Assembly (NCBI RefSeq): GCF_963921235.1
Contig: NC_086097.1
Coordinates: forward strand, 133,116,001-133,180,000
Reading direction: 5' to 3'
Length of the DNA stretch: 64,000 bases
Source of the DNA: Mobula hypostoma
Taxonomy: Eukaryota
How positions within the stretch are numbered: the first letter of the stretch is position 1; the number at the start of each line of letters is the position of its first letter. The notes beneath the pieces were generated by a model. That model was not told the DNA's origin, ran no database searches, and saw only the letters and a list, made by a program, of their open reading frames with translations. Below are positions 41,001-52,985 of the stretch, in pieces. Made by a program: the position numbers and the translations under genes.

Positions 41001-43539
41001 AAGGGTAAAGGCGAGTATGTGAGAATGTGGTGTTGGGTTACAGTCCGTAAAACCATGATACTATAAAATTGTGGAGCAGTTGCAAATGGCTTACTTCTGC
41101 TTATTCTTGTGCAGGGTCTGTGAAAATTGTTTTGTCAAACTTGCTACACAGTTAAGGAGAGTAACACCCACAAAAACTCTGACCCATGTGTCACCAATGT
41201 GACACAACTGTCAAAGGACCAGAATGTACGGTGATTCATTATCATACTATTATGAGGAATGGGAGAAAGAGTCTGGCTATAAAACAAAGACACAGCCAAG
41301 GTGGGAAGCTGCCCATATGAATGGGCAGTGACTGTAACCAGGCTGAGGTGAAAACGTTTCATTGTTAAATGCGACCTTTTTCTTTGTGCTATGTCACAGC
41401 CTCGTAATCTTGGAATATCCAAGATGAGGACCGTTCCAGTCGTCAGCCTTCCATACTGCCTTGCCCATGGCTGTTGAATTCATTGCTAGCCTTGGCATTG
41501 AACTGTGACTGCACTCTGAACTATGCAATATATCTGTTCTAATCAGTTTACTACCTGATCTCAAGACTAAAGGATGAGGATTCTTATGCTGAATGGTGAG
41601 GGGAAGGACTCCAGTCTAGTAACGATGGCTCTAGTCTTGTTCTGATGAGAGTCTCAAACTAAAGCATGGATCATCCCTTTGCTTCCATAGATGCTGCCCA
41701 TCCTGCTGAGCTCCTCAGGCATTTAGAGTGAGAGAAGATCTCACTGAAACTCCGTTACTCTCTGGACCATATGGTTTTCCCCTGACAGAGGAGTCTGGAG
41801 CGAGAGGGGTGGAGGAGTTCACAGAACTACAGGCGATTCTGCAAATGCTGGGAATCTTGAGCAACACACAGATGCAAGGTGCTGGTGGAAGTCAGCATCT
41901 ACCGGGGGGAGGGGGAATAAGACCACATATATAGGAGCAGAATTAGGCAATTTGTCCCATCGAGTCTGCTCCGAATAAAGTCATTGTTTGGGTTCATTCC
42001 TCCATAATTCCAAAGTCTGCAGACACTTGTTTCCCCATGATTACTTTAGGTTGGGAATATAAATGTAGACATCATTGGCCGAGAGGCCTGGTCCTGTGCC
42101 ATACTCTTCTATAATTTTGCCCCTCAGCCTCTGACACGCCACAGAATTCAAAACAAGTTTGTTCAACGTAAGCAAGAAATTGATTAGCTGTAGGTTTTAT
42201 TTGTTTTGAGTTACATTTGAATCTCCAGATTGATGCTATAGTGTGCAATTAGGAAGGATGAATAGTGTCAGAAGGGACCTTGCATGCACCCAGTGACACA
42301 TCAGTGAGAGCAATCTCCTTGTATAACTGCTGGGGTATTTTAAGGAACATTGCTCCTGCAAGAGCTCACTGGTTAAGAATCTAACATTCTACATATGTTT
42401 TGAAGTGTGGCTGTGTTAATTGTTCTACCGTCTGGGCAAAGCATGTTGAGGGCAAGAATCTAAAACAAAGTGGAAAGACATAAATTTGCTACGTTACAAA
42501 AGTAAACAGTACAAAGCAGAAGGAATAATGGTAAAACATTCATGGACTGTTCAGAAATATAGTGGGGAAGAATCTCTCTGAATCATTGAGTTGGGTCTTC
42601 AAGCCCCCCGTACCTCTTCCCTGTTAGTAGTAATGAGAAGAGGGCATGTCTCAAGTGGTGAGGTCTTTAGTTGAGGCACCAGCTCTTGAAGATGGCCTGT
42701 ATAGTGGGGAGGGTTGTGCCATGGTGCACAGAGAGACTACAACCCTTTACAGTCCCTTGTAATCCAGTTCATTGGCGCCTCCATACCTTGCAACCAGTCA
42801 GAATGCTCTCCACCTTAGAGAAACTTGCAAGAATCTTTGGTGGCATATCAAATCTCTTCGAGTGCCAAATGAAGTAGAGGTGCCTTTGTAAGAGCTGACT
42901 CTAATATAACTGGTGTAGCTGAAAACCCAAAATGGGGGGTGTGGGGGGGGGAAGGGGTAGGTGGGGAAGCAGAATGTTGGGATATTTCAGAAGTGCAAAT
43001 GGAAAAACATTTGTCTGTTGAGACAAGTTACAGGCAAATGAGAAGGAAATGTGGCATAGCATCTACTCACACAGCTACCTGCAGCTTATTGCCTTCAAGT
43101 TGCAGAATAATTTGCTTTGCAAAGGAAGGTGAGAGAGGAAAAAACAATGGCTGACACAGTTTTAGTGATTTAAAGATTAGAGACAACCGGTTAGGGGAAG
43201 TGTAAAGAGAAGGTGAAATCTGCATCATTTCCTGCCACTGTACTAAAACCAAGCCAAGATTGTTTAGGAGTGAGGCAGAACTGAAAATGTCAAAAAGGAA
43301 AGTGGTGTATTTGGTTGTTCAAGGACACTAAAGGGGCCAAAATCTACAAATGGAGTTCTGATACAGGTGCTCCCATACTTCCCTATTCTGTGACTAATTC
43401 GTTTAAATCTGTGCACACTTTTACTAAGGGAAATAGATTATTGGGCTACAGGCTCTCAACCCATTCTTTCCAAATCCCAGCCCTCTATCACACAGCTTGT
43501 TTCTCATTATCCACACACTCCTCCCACTAGGTGCCTTCC

Positions 43540-44140
43540 TCCATGTGCCTACTATATACCTCATCATGGCCATTTTACCTTATTCTCTACCCCACTGCAC
43601 TGTGCTTAGAAGAATGGTCTGACCTAGGTGATGTAGCTGTAGTTTCATTATTTTTCCACTTTTTCACGATGAACTGCATGAGCTCCAAGGTATGTTCTGT
43701 GTTTTTGTGATGGCATTGTACTCTTTCCCAGATATGTGCTTCTCTATTATCATTTCCTTGACTCATCTTCATTTTGATTTGGTCTGAAAGTCTACCATAC
43801 TGTTAGATCTTGCGGGGGCCGGGGGGGGGGGGGGGTGGCGGTGAATTTATTTTTATGAATTCATTGAAAACAGATAATCCTCCAATATTCTGCATTAACA
43901 AATTGGGTAATACACCTGAGGAGATTTAGTGAGGTAATTACATAGGTAGATGAATACTTTTTCAGGCTCTCAATTTTTAGTAAATTGTGGACTGGTCTGG
44001 GATTTTTCTTTTGATTTGCCATGATGCACAATGTTTTGTAGATTAGCTCAAAATACAACTTCAATACATTTTAAATTTAGAAAATGAGACAGTAAAATGT
44101 GAAAATAGTTGTGGAGGATGAATACTTTTTCAAGGCACTG
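43540..44140 (-). mobile_element. Tc1-family transposon left end (IR/DR-type TIR and N-terminal HTH remnant)
   Basis: Terminus reads cagtgccttgaaaaagtattcatc on the minus strand; inner repeat gatgaatactttttca at about 43949 and 44118; peptide QFIVKKWKNNETTATSPRSDHSSK. Confidence 0.8.
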
Positions 44141-44587
44141 TTATTATAAAATAAGTGGATGGTTTTATCTTTGTGCTACAATGTAATACTTTTAAACTGC
44201 AGTACTAGGAAATTATCAGGTGTCAGCTGTGCTTCTGAAACTGTTCACAAACTTGGTTATGTTTGACACATTGCAATGATTAGATTAGATCTTGCCTTTT
44301 ACTCCCTTCCTGTACTCCATCGTTAATTCAAATTGCTGGCATGGTTTTACAAGCTGCTGTGCATAACATCTTTGCAACATTGAACAGAAACTGCAAAGCA
44401 TTGATTGTAGTTTTTTAGTTGAAACTGGCATCTCTGAGGTGAAGCCAGTTCAAAAAAGAATCAGTAAATGTCAGCCACATGTTAATGAGCAAAAAGAGAA
44501 CCAAAAAGGATCTATTGCTTTCTGGGTGTATATGACAAATAAACTCTTCTCGGAATAAACCAAAAGTAAACTGCCTTTTTTTTTGTT

Positions 44588-44985
44588 ATTTATTCAAGGT
44601 ATATGGGTTTTGCAGGCACCGCCACCATTTAATTGCTTGTCGCATGGTGCTGTTGACGGTGGTGAGGAAGTGTGTTCTTGAAGCATTATGTGGGTATATC
44701 CATAGTGCTGTTAGGGAGGGGGCTTCATGTTTTTGACCCAGGGATAGGAAAGGAACAGCAAAATATTTCCAAGTCAGAAAAGTGTGTAGCTTGGAGCACA
44801 ACTTCAAGCTGGCAGAGCTCTCGAGCTTTTTTTTTGTCAGTGTCCTTCTAGCTGGTAGTGGTTCTGGGTTTGGAAGGTCTTACTTAAGCTGCTGGAGTGC
44901 ATCCCATAGATGGTTCAAACTCGGCCACTGTGCAGTAGTGATGATGTGTATGCCTGTTGGTGGGCATGTCAAGTGGGCTGCTATA
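44588..44985 (-). mobile_element. Old LINE (CR1/L2-like) 3' fragment; opposite-strand copy at about 45590-45810
   Basis: The plus copy encodes GLQQFKKAA..LLK; the two copies are reverse-complement similar. Confidence 0.55.
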
Positions 44986-45257
44986 GAAGAGAAATAATAT
45001 AAGGTTTAGTCTTGGGTAGAAAATGAAAAAAATGTATTAAAGATTTCCCTTCAGACATTGGTCAATCAGCTTTTGACATCTTTGTGTGTTCTGGAAGGGA
45101 TTTGGTTTCTTCCCTTTTGATACTGCAATCTGATGGTCACGTTCTCCAATGCTGTCCCCGTATTTGTTATGTGCTCATACATCTACAACTTTGTGGTGCC
45201 TTCAATACAGTAAAGAAGTTACTTTCTACTTTAAGCCCAATGATACATCGACCTGTT

Positions 45258-45480
45258 TGTGATGTTGAGAGGAATCAATATTGGGCCGGAATTGCAAGTA
45301 AGCTGCTTTGCTCTTCAAAGTATTGCCATGGGGTCTTATGGATGCACCTCTGGGAGAGACAGAGCTTCAGTTCAATGTCTCTTTCAGAAGGCAGTTCTGG
45401 TGACCAGTGGAGGACTGGGGGAGTGCTGCTGAGATGAAGTTCAAGCATGGGTAATGAACCCACAACTGTCAAGTAATCAC
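45258..45480 (-). mobile_element. Ancient Deu-domain SINE (AmnSINE/SacSINE-like)
   Basis: Reverse complement matches the Deu core as recalled (cccatggcaatactttgaagagca..ggcccaatattgattcctc..aacatcac); weaker copies near 49470-49640, 15225-15450 and 1810-1900. Confidence 0.6.
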
Positions 45481-45934
45481 ACTACTGTGAGGAACAGTTT
45501 GTGGTGAGGGAGATGCTGCTCTTTCTGCTGTGTGGTTGTGTTATGTGGCTGCAGGAACTAGTTTGAATTCTCTCAGGTTTATTTGCATGGATTGTGGCTA
45601 CCGGTGCCCTTTTTTTTTCACTTCTTGTAGGTTCTCCAAGTTGCACACCATCCTGATTTTGGAAAAACTTTGCTGTTCTTTAATATCATCCTGTTTTCCC
45701 CTTCCCTACAATGCTATGGGAGCACTGTCACAAGGAGGACTGCAGCAGTTCAAGAAGGCAGCTCTCCTAAACCTTCTCAAGAGCATTTGGCGTTGGGCTA
45801 TGAATAGATAAACTGAAGGAGGCATGGAAATTGGCACAGCATATAGAAACCAGAATATGAGCAATGTCCATAGCAGGAAGAGAGGACAGCTGTCCAGTGG
45901 AGACTGCAGCTTGCTCATGCCTGTCACTACCACT

Positions 45935-46390
45935 CAAAATTGAACATCAATTTCTCAAACAGCAATTTCTCTTCCCCATTCCCCATTCAGGCTCCCCACT
46001 TGCCACCTCATCTCACCTGCCCATTACTTCCTGCTGGTCTCTTCCTCCTTCTCTTTTCCCCATCGTCCACCTCCTTTTCTTATCTGATCCTTCCTTCAGA
46101 ACCTTTACCTCTTGCATCTATCATATCCACCTTCTCACTTCATCCCCTTACCCCACTCACCCACATCCCCTCTGGTTTCACCCATTGCCTACTTCTACTC
46201 CTTCCCCTCTCCCCACTTCTTCCCCCTTCCCCCTTCGTTTCTAGTATTGAGTAGTTATAGTAGTTCATGTCTTCCCCCTTTGTTTCTAGTATTGAGGAAG
46301 GGTCTTGGCCTAAAACATCGACTGCTTATTCCTCATCGTAGGTGCTGCCTGAGCTGCTGAGTTTCTCCAGCATTTTGTGTGTTACTCAGA
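45935..46390 (+). mobile_element. Penelope-like element 3' remnant
   Basis: LNINFSN, CT-rich tract, then gaagggtcttggcctaaaacatcgactg..gctgagtttctccagcattttgtgt. Confidence 0.6.
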
Positions 46391-46679
46391 CTGAAATGTT
46401 GTCTGAGCCTACATGCTTATGATGCTGCTACAAGCAAGTTTTTCTTGTACTTGTACCTCACTGTATTTATGTCCATGACCATAAACTTGACTTGATCTGA
46501 CACTGGCTACTGAAGTAAAAAGCTTCATCAGACAGTGTTCAATGGCAACACTTGGGCACATTTTATCATTTAAACGCTTAAACAGTTTAAGAAACTAACA
46601 TTTATGTCTTTTGATTCTTATAAATAAGTTGCATTTCTGATGTTTATCCTACTATTAGTTCGGGGGCCCTGACTTTCTT

Positions 46680-47377
46680 AATATTCTTAAACTCTGAATA
46701 GCATCCAGAAGTTCCCCCTTTTGTATATAATTAAGAAGACAGGCAGGGTTATGATTTACATATAGTAAATAAGACATGAACAGTACAATTCCTTTATGAA
46801 GCATTACGAACACCCCATTAGAAAAGAGATGGAGGAATTTCTTTAGCCAGAGGGCATTAAGTTTGTGGATTTACTGTTGGTTGTCTGGGCTGTCTATCTT
46901 TGTGACACTGCCTTCCAGAGCAAAAAGAAAGTGAAAGGATTCTCCAATTGGTTGACACCCAACTGTCAGTCAAAGAGCCTGTTAGACCATCCCCACCAAA
47001 TACAGGACCATAAGACATCTGAACATAATTAGGCCATTCTGTCCATGGCTGATTTATTAACCGTCTCACCCCCATTTTCCTGACTTCACCCTGTAAGCTT
47101 TTACGCCCTGACTAATCAGAACCTATCAACATCTGCTCTAAATGTGCCCAGTGACTTGGCCTCCACAGCCATCTGTGGCAATGAATTCCACAAATTGACT
47201 GCCCTCTGGCTAAAGAAATTCCTCCTCATCTCTGTTCTAATGGGGTGTTCGTAATGGTTAACAAGGAACTACTGTTCATGTGTCCAATTTACCAGGTTTA
47301 AATCATGATTGTGCCAGTGTTCTTAATTATATACAAAAGGGAGAACTTCTGGATGCTATTCAGAGTTTAAGAATATT
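46680..47377. repeat. Inverted repeat, arms about 190 bp (46680-46870 and 47185-47377)
   Basis: Direct reverse-complement alignment; the outer 58 bp match at 57/58. Confidence 0.9.
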
Positions 47378-48104
47378 TAGACCAAGTAATGTGCATTCTA
47401 TTCAATTGCCCAGGCATTTGGGAGAAAGGCTAGGGAAACCATCTCTGGTTTGTCCATGATGTCCAGCCTTCTCACACCCTCTAGAGGTTAGGAGGAAGCC
47501 TGTGCTTTTCCTTTGGCAAGAGGTCAGTTATAAGCTGGCTTGACCCTCTCAATCATTCAGAAACAGCAATGCCAGAAGGCAAAGATGAACCAGAGGGCAG
47601 TCAGTCACTTTGGCCCAACTGATCCATGCTGACCTTGGTGCCTGCCAAGCTAGTCCCTTTTTCCCTGCTTTTTTTCCTCATATTTCTCTAAACCTTTCCT
47701 ATACTTGTCCAGAAGTTTTAAAATATTGTATGTGCTACAACCAACTTCTGACAGCTTGTTCCGAAAACGCACCGCTGTCTGTGTGGAAAAATTTGCTCCC
47801 CAGGTCTCTTTTAAATCTTTTGTCTCTCACCTTATGCCCTCTTGTATTTAGTTCCTTCCCTGAGGAAAAAGACTGCATAGATTCACCTTGTGCTCCTTGC
47901 GGTTATGGAAACTACACCAGTGCTGCTTCACTGTTTGCAACTCTTGTATGCTCTTCACACCTGAGCTACCTTCTGTGATCTCAATCCTTTTGGTCAGCCC
48001 CGACCTTGCCGTACAGTCATAAGCTTGGACTCTTGCAGAGGGAGTGTCTAGACACTGTATCTTCCCACCACATTTTCCTCATTGCCCTGGCAGCCTTTGG
48101 ATGG

Positions 48105-48285
48105 CCTCTTGGGTTCAATCCCAACCTGTATGGAGCTCGCATGTTCTCCTTATGACAGCATGGGCTTACACCAGATGACCCGGCTTTCTCCCACATCCCA
48201 GAGGTTAGTTGGCCACTGTAAATTGCCCTTTGTGTAGGCAAGCAGTCATATCTGGGGGTGGGGGGGTGGAATTAATGGGGGGAAA
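48105..48285 (+). mobile_element. V-SINE (HE1-like) copy
   Basis: B-box-like gggttcaatccc, then V-domain-like tggagctcgcatgttctcct..cggctttctcccacatccca..ttggccactgtaaattgccc. Confidence 0.7.
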
Positions 48286-50783
48286 TGACATTTCGATCTG
48301 CAATAGTCTTAAGGGACACGAGGAAATGTGTAAATATGCAGCGGTTCTGTAATGTTGAATGGGAGAAGGGAAAATGTTACTTAAAGCCTTTCTGCAGTCA
48401 GGAGGACATCTGCAAGCTCTGCATAAAGATCCTGAGAAGAGAAGTGCAGCTCCCATCTCCCCATGTGCACAAAATTGGACAATATGACTTCTCCCTTTTT
48501 ATTTTCTAGTAATACAAATTATTTTGAGAGATTGGAGCTGCTTTTGGTACCATACACAACACTCTAGTGTAACAAATAAGGGTGAACTGTTAGTAGCAAA
48601 ACTAAAGGTGAGCAGAAAATGGCATCAGTTTTGTGGATATTTCAGAATCATGAGTAATAACGACATGGAAACAGGCTCTGAGGGCCAACTCGATCATGCC
48701 AGTGAAGATGTCTGCCCAATTTGGCCCATAAACCCCCTCAACCCCTGTAATCCACATACTTATTGAAATAAGACACACAAAATGCTGGTGGAATGCAGCA
48801 GGCCAGGCAGCATCTATAGGAAGAGGCAGTGTTGACGATTCGGGCCGAGACCTTTCGTCAGGACTAACTGAAAGAAGAGATAGTAAGAGATTTGCAAGGG
48901 AGAGGGGGAGATCTGAAATGATAGGAGAAGGCAGGAGGGGGAAGGATGGAATGTCTTAATGAAATGTCTTTTAAATGTCATTATTTGCACCTACTTCAAC
49001 CACTTCCTCTGGTAGCTCCTTCCATAGACCTGCCACTTTATACGTGAAAAAAGTTGCTCTTCAGATTCCTAATAAATCTCTCCCCTCTCACCTTAAATCT
49101 GTTCTGTCTAGTTCTTGATTTTCCCCAACCCAGCAGTAGCAGATGGTGTGGCCCAGAGCAATCAAAGCAACCTGCTGGAAGAATTAAGTGGGTCTGGCAG
49201 CAACTTTGAAGGCAAAAGGATAGTCAATATTAATTAGTAAAATGCATGCGTTGACACAAGTTGTTGCTGAGATTCTGTGTCCAATGTACAATGAATATTA
49301 GCGAGTCTTCTGCTCTCTACTCAAGAGCTCAGCATCTCAATATGCAGAAGTTATTAGAAGCACAGAAGCTATTTTAAAAAAAAAAAATGCCCAGTCAGTG
49401 GATTGCACCCATGTTATGATTTGCATCTGGAGTATTCTTGTGTTCACTCACTCTGAGCGAGATGTTGGAAGATCCATTCCAAAGATGTGCAAAAATCTAG
49501 GCTGATACTCCAGTGCAGCCGCGTCTTTCAGGTAAGACGACATGTTGATGCATCTGCTCGGGTGTATGTTGCCTTCGGGTCCTATGCTGCCTTCTTAAAG
49601 AAAAGAGCTTTCTGTTTTCTTGACTAATATTTAAACTTCATTTAAGATTAATAAAGCTCCTTAATTTAAGTAATTTTAAATTGGGCATCAGCCAATCTTA
49701 TTGAGCTGTTTCTATTTTCTTGAAAATTTAAAATCTGCAGATTCTGGAAATATGAACTGAATGTGCTGAAAACACTCAGCAGTCAGGCAGCAACTGTGGA
49801 AAGCGAAACAGAGTTAATGTTTCAGACCTGATATCTTTTGCCATTTGTGTTCTGACCTGCAGTGATTGGTTTGCATTTGTAGAATTAGTGTGATGTAGGA
49901 ATGGGCTATTCAGCCTATTGAGCCAGTTCCATGAAGAGTCCTGTTCAGACTATTGTAATCGGTAAGTTGGTTTGTTATCATCAACAGTACTGCAGTACAG
50001 TTTGAAAACTATATGTACACCAGCTATACAGATCTTCCCAAAACCGAGGTACACTGAGTTAGTACAAAGGGAAAAGCAATAGCAGAATTCAGAATATAGT
50101 GTGAAAGTACAGGGCAGGTAGAGAAATAAGGTGCAAGGGTCATGGCAAGGTAGAGAGGAAATGCAAAGAGGCCACACATCCTGGGATTTGGGGCAAAAGG
50201 CAACCTACTGGAGGAACCCAGTGTGTTAGATGGTCTGTAGAGGCAGAAGACGGTCAATATCTTGTGTCAGAATCTTGCTTTAGGATTGGTGCATTATCTC
50301 AACCCAAAAATTCGACTGTCCCTTTGCTTCCATAGAAGTTGCCAAGTCCACTGAGGTTTTTGGACCAGTTGCTTTTTCATTCTTGCCTAATAAGTGAGTT
50401 GGCTAGTATAGTTATAAGATGAGACAACTGATTTCTTGTATAAAAACATAGTCTCAAGTTAAAAATATTTACAGCTAGCAGTCAAGGGTAATGCTGTGGT
50501 TCAGAGTGCATCCAAATTAGTGGTGAAAGGAAGGGTGTGGTGTTAATGTGTGTTTGCAGTTGCTTTCTCAGTAACTCACGATGTTTGATAGTCTCACCGT
50601 ATTAGACTATTAATTTATTGATCAATACATTTAAGTAAAACATCTTTTGAATTCTTTATCCTTAAGGTTTATGGCAGCTGGATCACTGGAGATATTTAAA
50701 ACCTGATTGGATGGTTTTTGAAAGAGTGGGGAATTGAGAGTTACAGGGAACTGGGACAGGAAAGATTAGAGGCCTGTGGCAGA

Positions 50784-50896
50784 GCAGCTATGACTGTAAT
50801 TGATATTTCAGTAATATTTGAATAATCTTTGTGTATATACGCAAGATTACTCAAATATTACTGAAATATCAAATACAGAAATAAAATCATAGCTGC
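50784..50896. repeat. Near-perfect palindrome / hairpin (113 bp)
   Basis: ctgtaattgatatttcagtaatatttgaataatctt pairs with aagattactcaaatattactgaaatatcaaatacag around gtatatac; outer gcagctatga / tcatagctgc. Confidence 0.92.
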
Positions 50897-51320
50897 GCTA
50901 TATTTATTTATTTATTTATTCATTCATTCATTACTGGTTATGCATAAACATGTGAATTGCATACGTCATTGCACTACCATGTGATAAGTGCATGCCTTGC
51001 TTAAAGTAAACACGGAATGTAAGCAGGACTCCCGTGTTTTCCTTTGAATTAGTTTAATGTTTTGAAGGTGCAAGACGTAATTTAATGGTGGGGCAGGTTT
51101 GAGGAGCTGAGTGGCCAAAATTAAAATTGAATGCAGTGACATTTGTGTTATTGATGGAACCTATATATTGACTGTCATTTTCTACTGAAGCCTTCATGAC
51201 TATTCACCATCTCTCAAGGACTCTTTTAAACAGACATTTATGACTTGCGGCTGCTTACCTCGGTAGCTCTGTTTCAAATTTTGCATCATAACTTTCCAGA
51301 AAAATATCTAGAAATAATTT

Positions 51321-52985
51321 GACCATCAGACGTAGGAGTAGAGTTAGGCCTTTTGGCTCATCGTGTCTGCTCCGCCATTCAATCATGGCTGAACCATTTT
51401 TCCCTCCTCAGCCCAACTCCCCAGTCTTCTCCCTGTAACCTTTGATGCTGTGGCCAGTCAAAATCCTATCAATCTCCAACTTAAGTACAACCAAAGACCT
51501 GGCCTCCACAGCTCCCTGTCGTAACTAACTCCACAAATTCACCACTCTCTGGCTAAAGAGATTTCTCTGCATCTGTTTTAAATGAACACCCCTCTATCCA
51601 GAAGCTGTGCTCTCTTGTCCTCGACTCCCCCCACCGTGGAGGATGTCCTTTCCACATTGCTCTATCTAGGTCTTTCAGCATTTGAAATGTTTCAATGAGA
51701 TCCTTCCTCATCCTTCTCAATTCCAGCAAGTACAGGCCCAGAGCCATCAAACGTTTCCTCCTATGATAACTCTTTCATTCTAGGAATCATCCTTGTCAAC
51801 GTCCTCTAAACCCTCTCCAATTCCAGCATATCTTCTCTTAGATGGGGAACCCAAAACTGTTTACAATACGGGAGGGTAGGCCTCACCAGTGCCTTATAAA
51901 GCCTCAGCATCACATCCTTGCTCTTGTATTCTAGACCTCTTGAAATGAATGCTAACATGGCATTTGCCCTCCTCACCACTAACTTGACCTGTAAGTTAAC
52001 CTTTAGAGTGTTCTGCACAAGGACTCCCAAGTCCCTCTGCATCTCAGATTCCTGGATTTTCTCCCCATTTAGAAAACAGTCGGCACATTTATTTCTACGA
52101 CCAAAGTGCATGACCATGCGTCTTTCAACATTGTATTTCATTTGCCTCTTTCTTGCCTATTCTCCTAATGTCTAAGTACTTCTGCACCATCCTGTTTCCT
52201 CAACACTACCTCATCTCCATCAATCTTCATATCGTCTGCAAACTTGGCAACAAAGCCATCTATTCCATTGTCTATATCTTTGATATACAGCATAAAAAGA
52301 AGTGGTCCCAACACTGATCCCTGTGGAACACCACTAGTTACTGGCAGGCAACCTGAAAGGATTCTTTTATTCCCGCTCACTACCTGCTACCAATTTGCCA
52401 ATGCTTTAACCATCCTAGTAATTTTTCTGTAGTACCATGGGCTCTTAACTTGGTAAGCAGCCTTATGTGGCACCTTATCAAAGGCCTTCTGAAAGTCCAA
52501 ATATACAACATCCACTGCAAGCCCTTTATCTATCCTACTTGCAATCACCTCAAAGCATTCCAGCAGGTTTGTCAAGCAAGATTTTCCCTGAAGGAAGCCA
52601 TGCTGGTTTTGTCCTATCTTGTCTTGTGTCACCAAGTACTTCCTAACCTCATCTTTAACAATTGACGCCAACATCTTCCCAAACACTGCGGTCAGGCTAA
52701 CTGGTCTATAATTTCCTTTCTGCTGCCTTCCTCCTTTCTTAAAGAGTGGGGTGACATTTGCAATTTCCTAGTCTTCTAGAACCATGTCAGAGTCCAATGA
52801 TTCTTGAAAAATCATAACTAAGGCCCCCCACAATCTCCCTACCATTACCTCTTTCAGAACACTAGGTTGCAGTTCATCTAGTCTGGATGACCTTTGTACC
52901 TTTAGGTCTTTCAACTTTTTGAGCACCTTCTCCCTTGCAATTGCACTCACTTCTCTTCCCTCACACCCTTCAGTACCTGCTAGTG
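51321..52985 (-). mobile_element. CR1 LINE fragment (different subfamily), RT and 3' end
   Basis: [57 protein letters not shown]. Confidence 0.92.

Noticed and set aside
48105..48130. tRNA gene (gggttcaatccc)
   Set aside because: B-box belongs to a SINE head; no cloverleaf can be formed.
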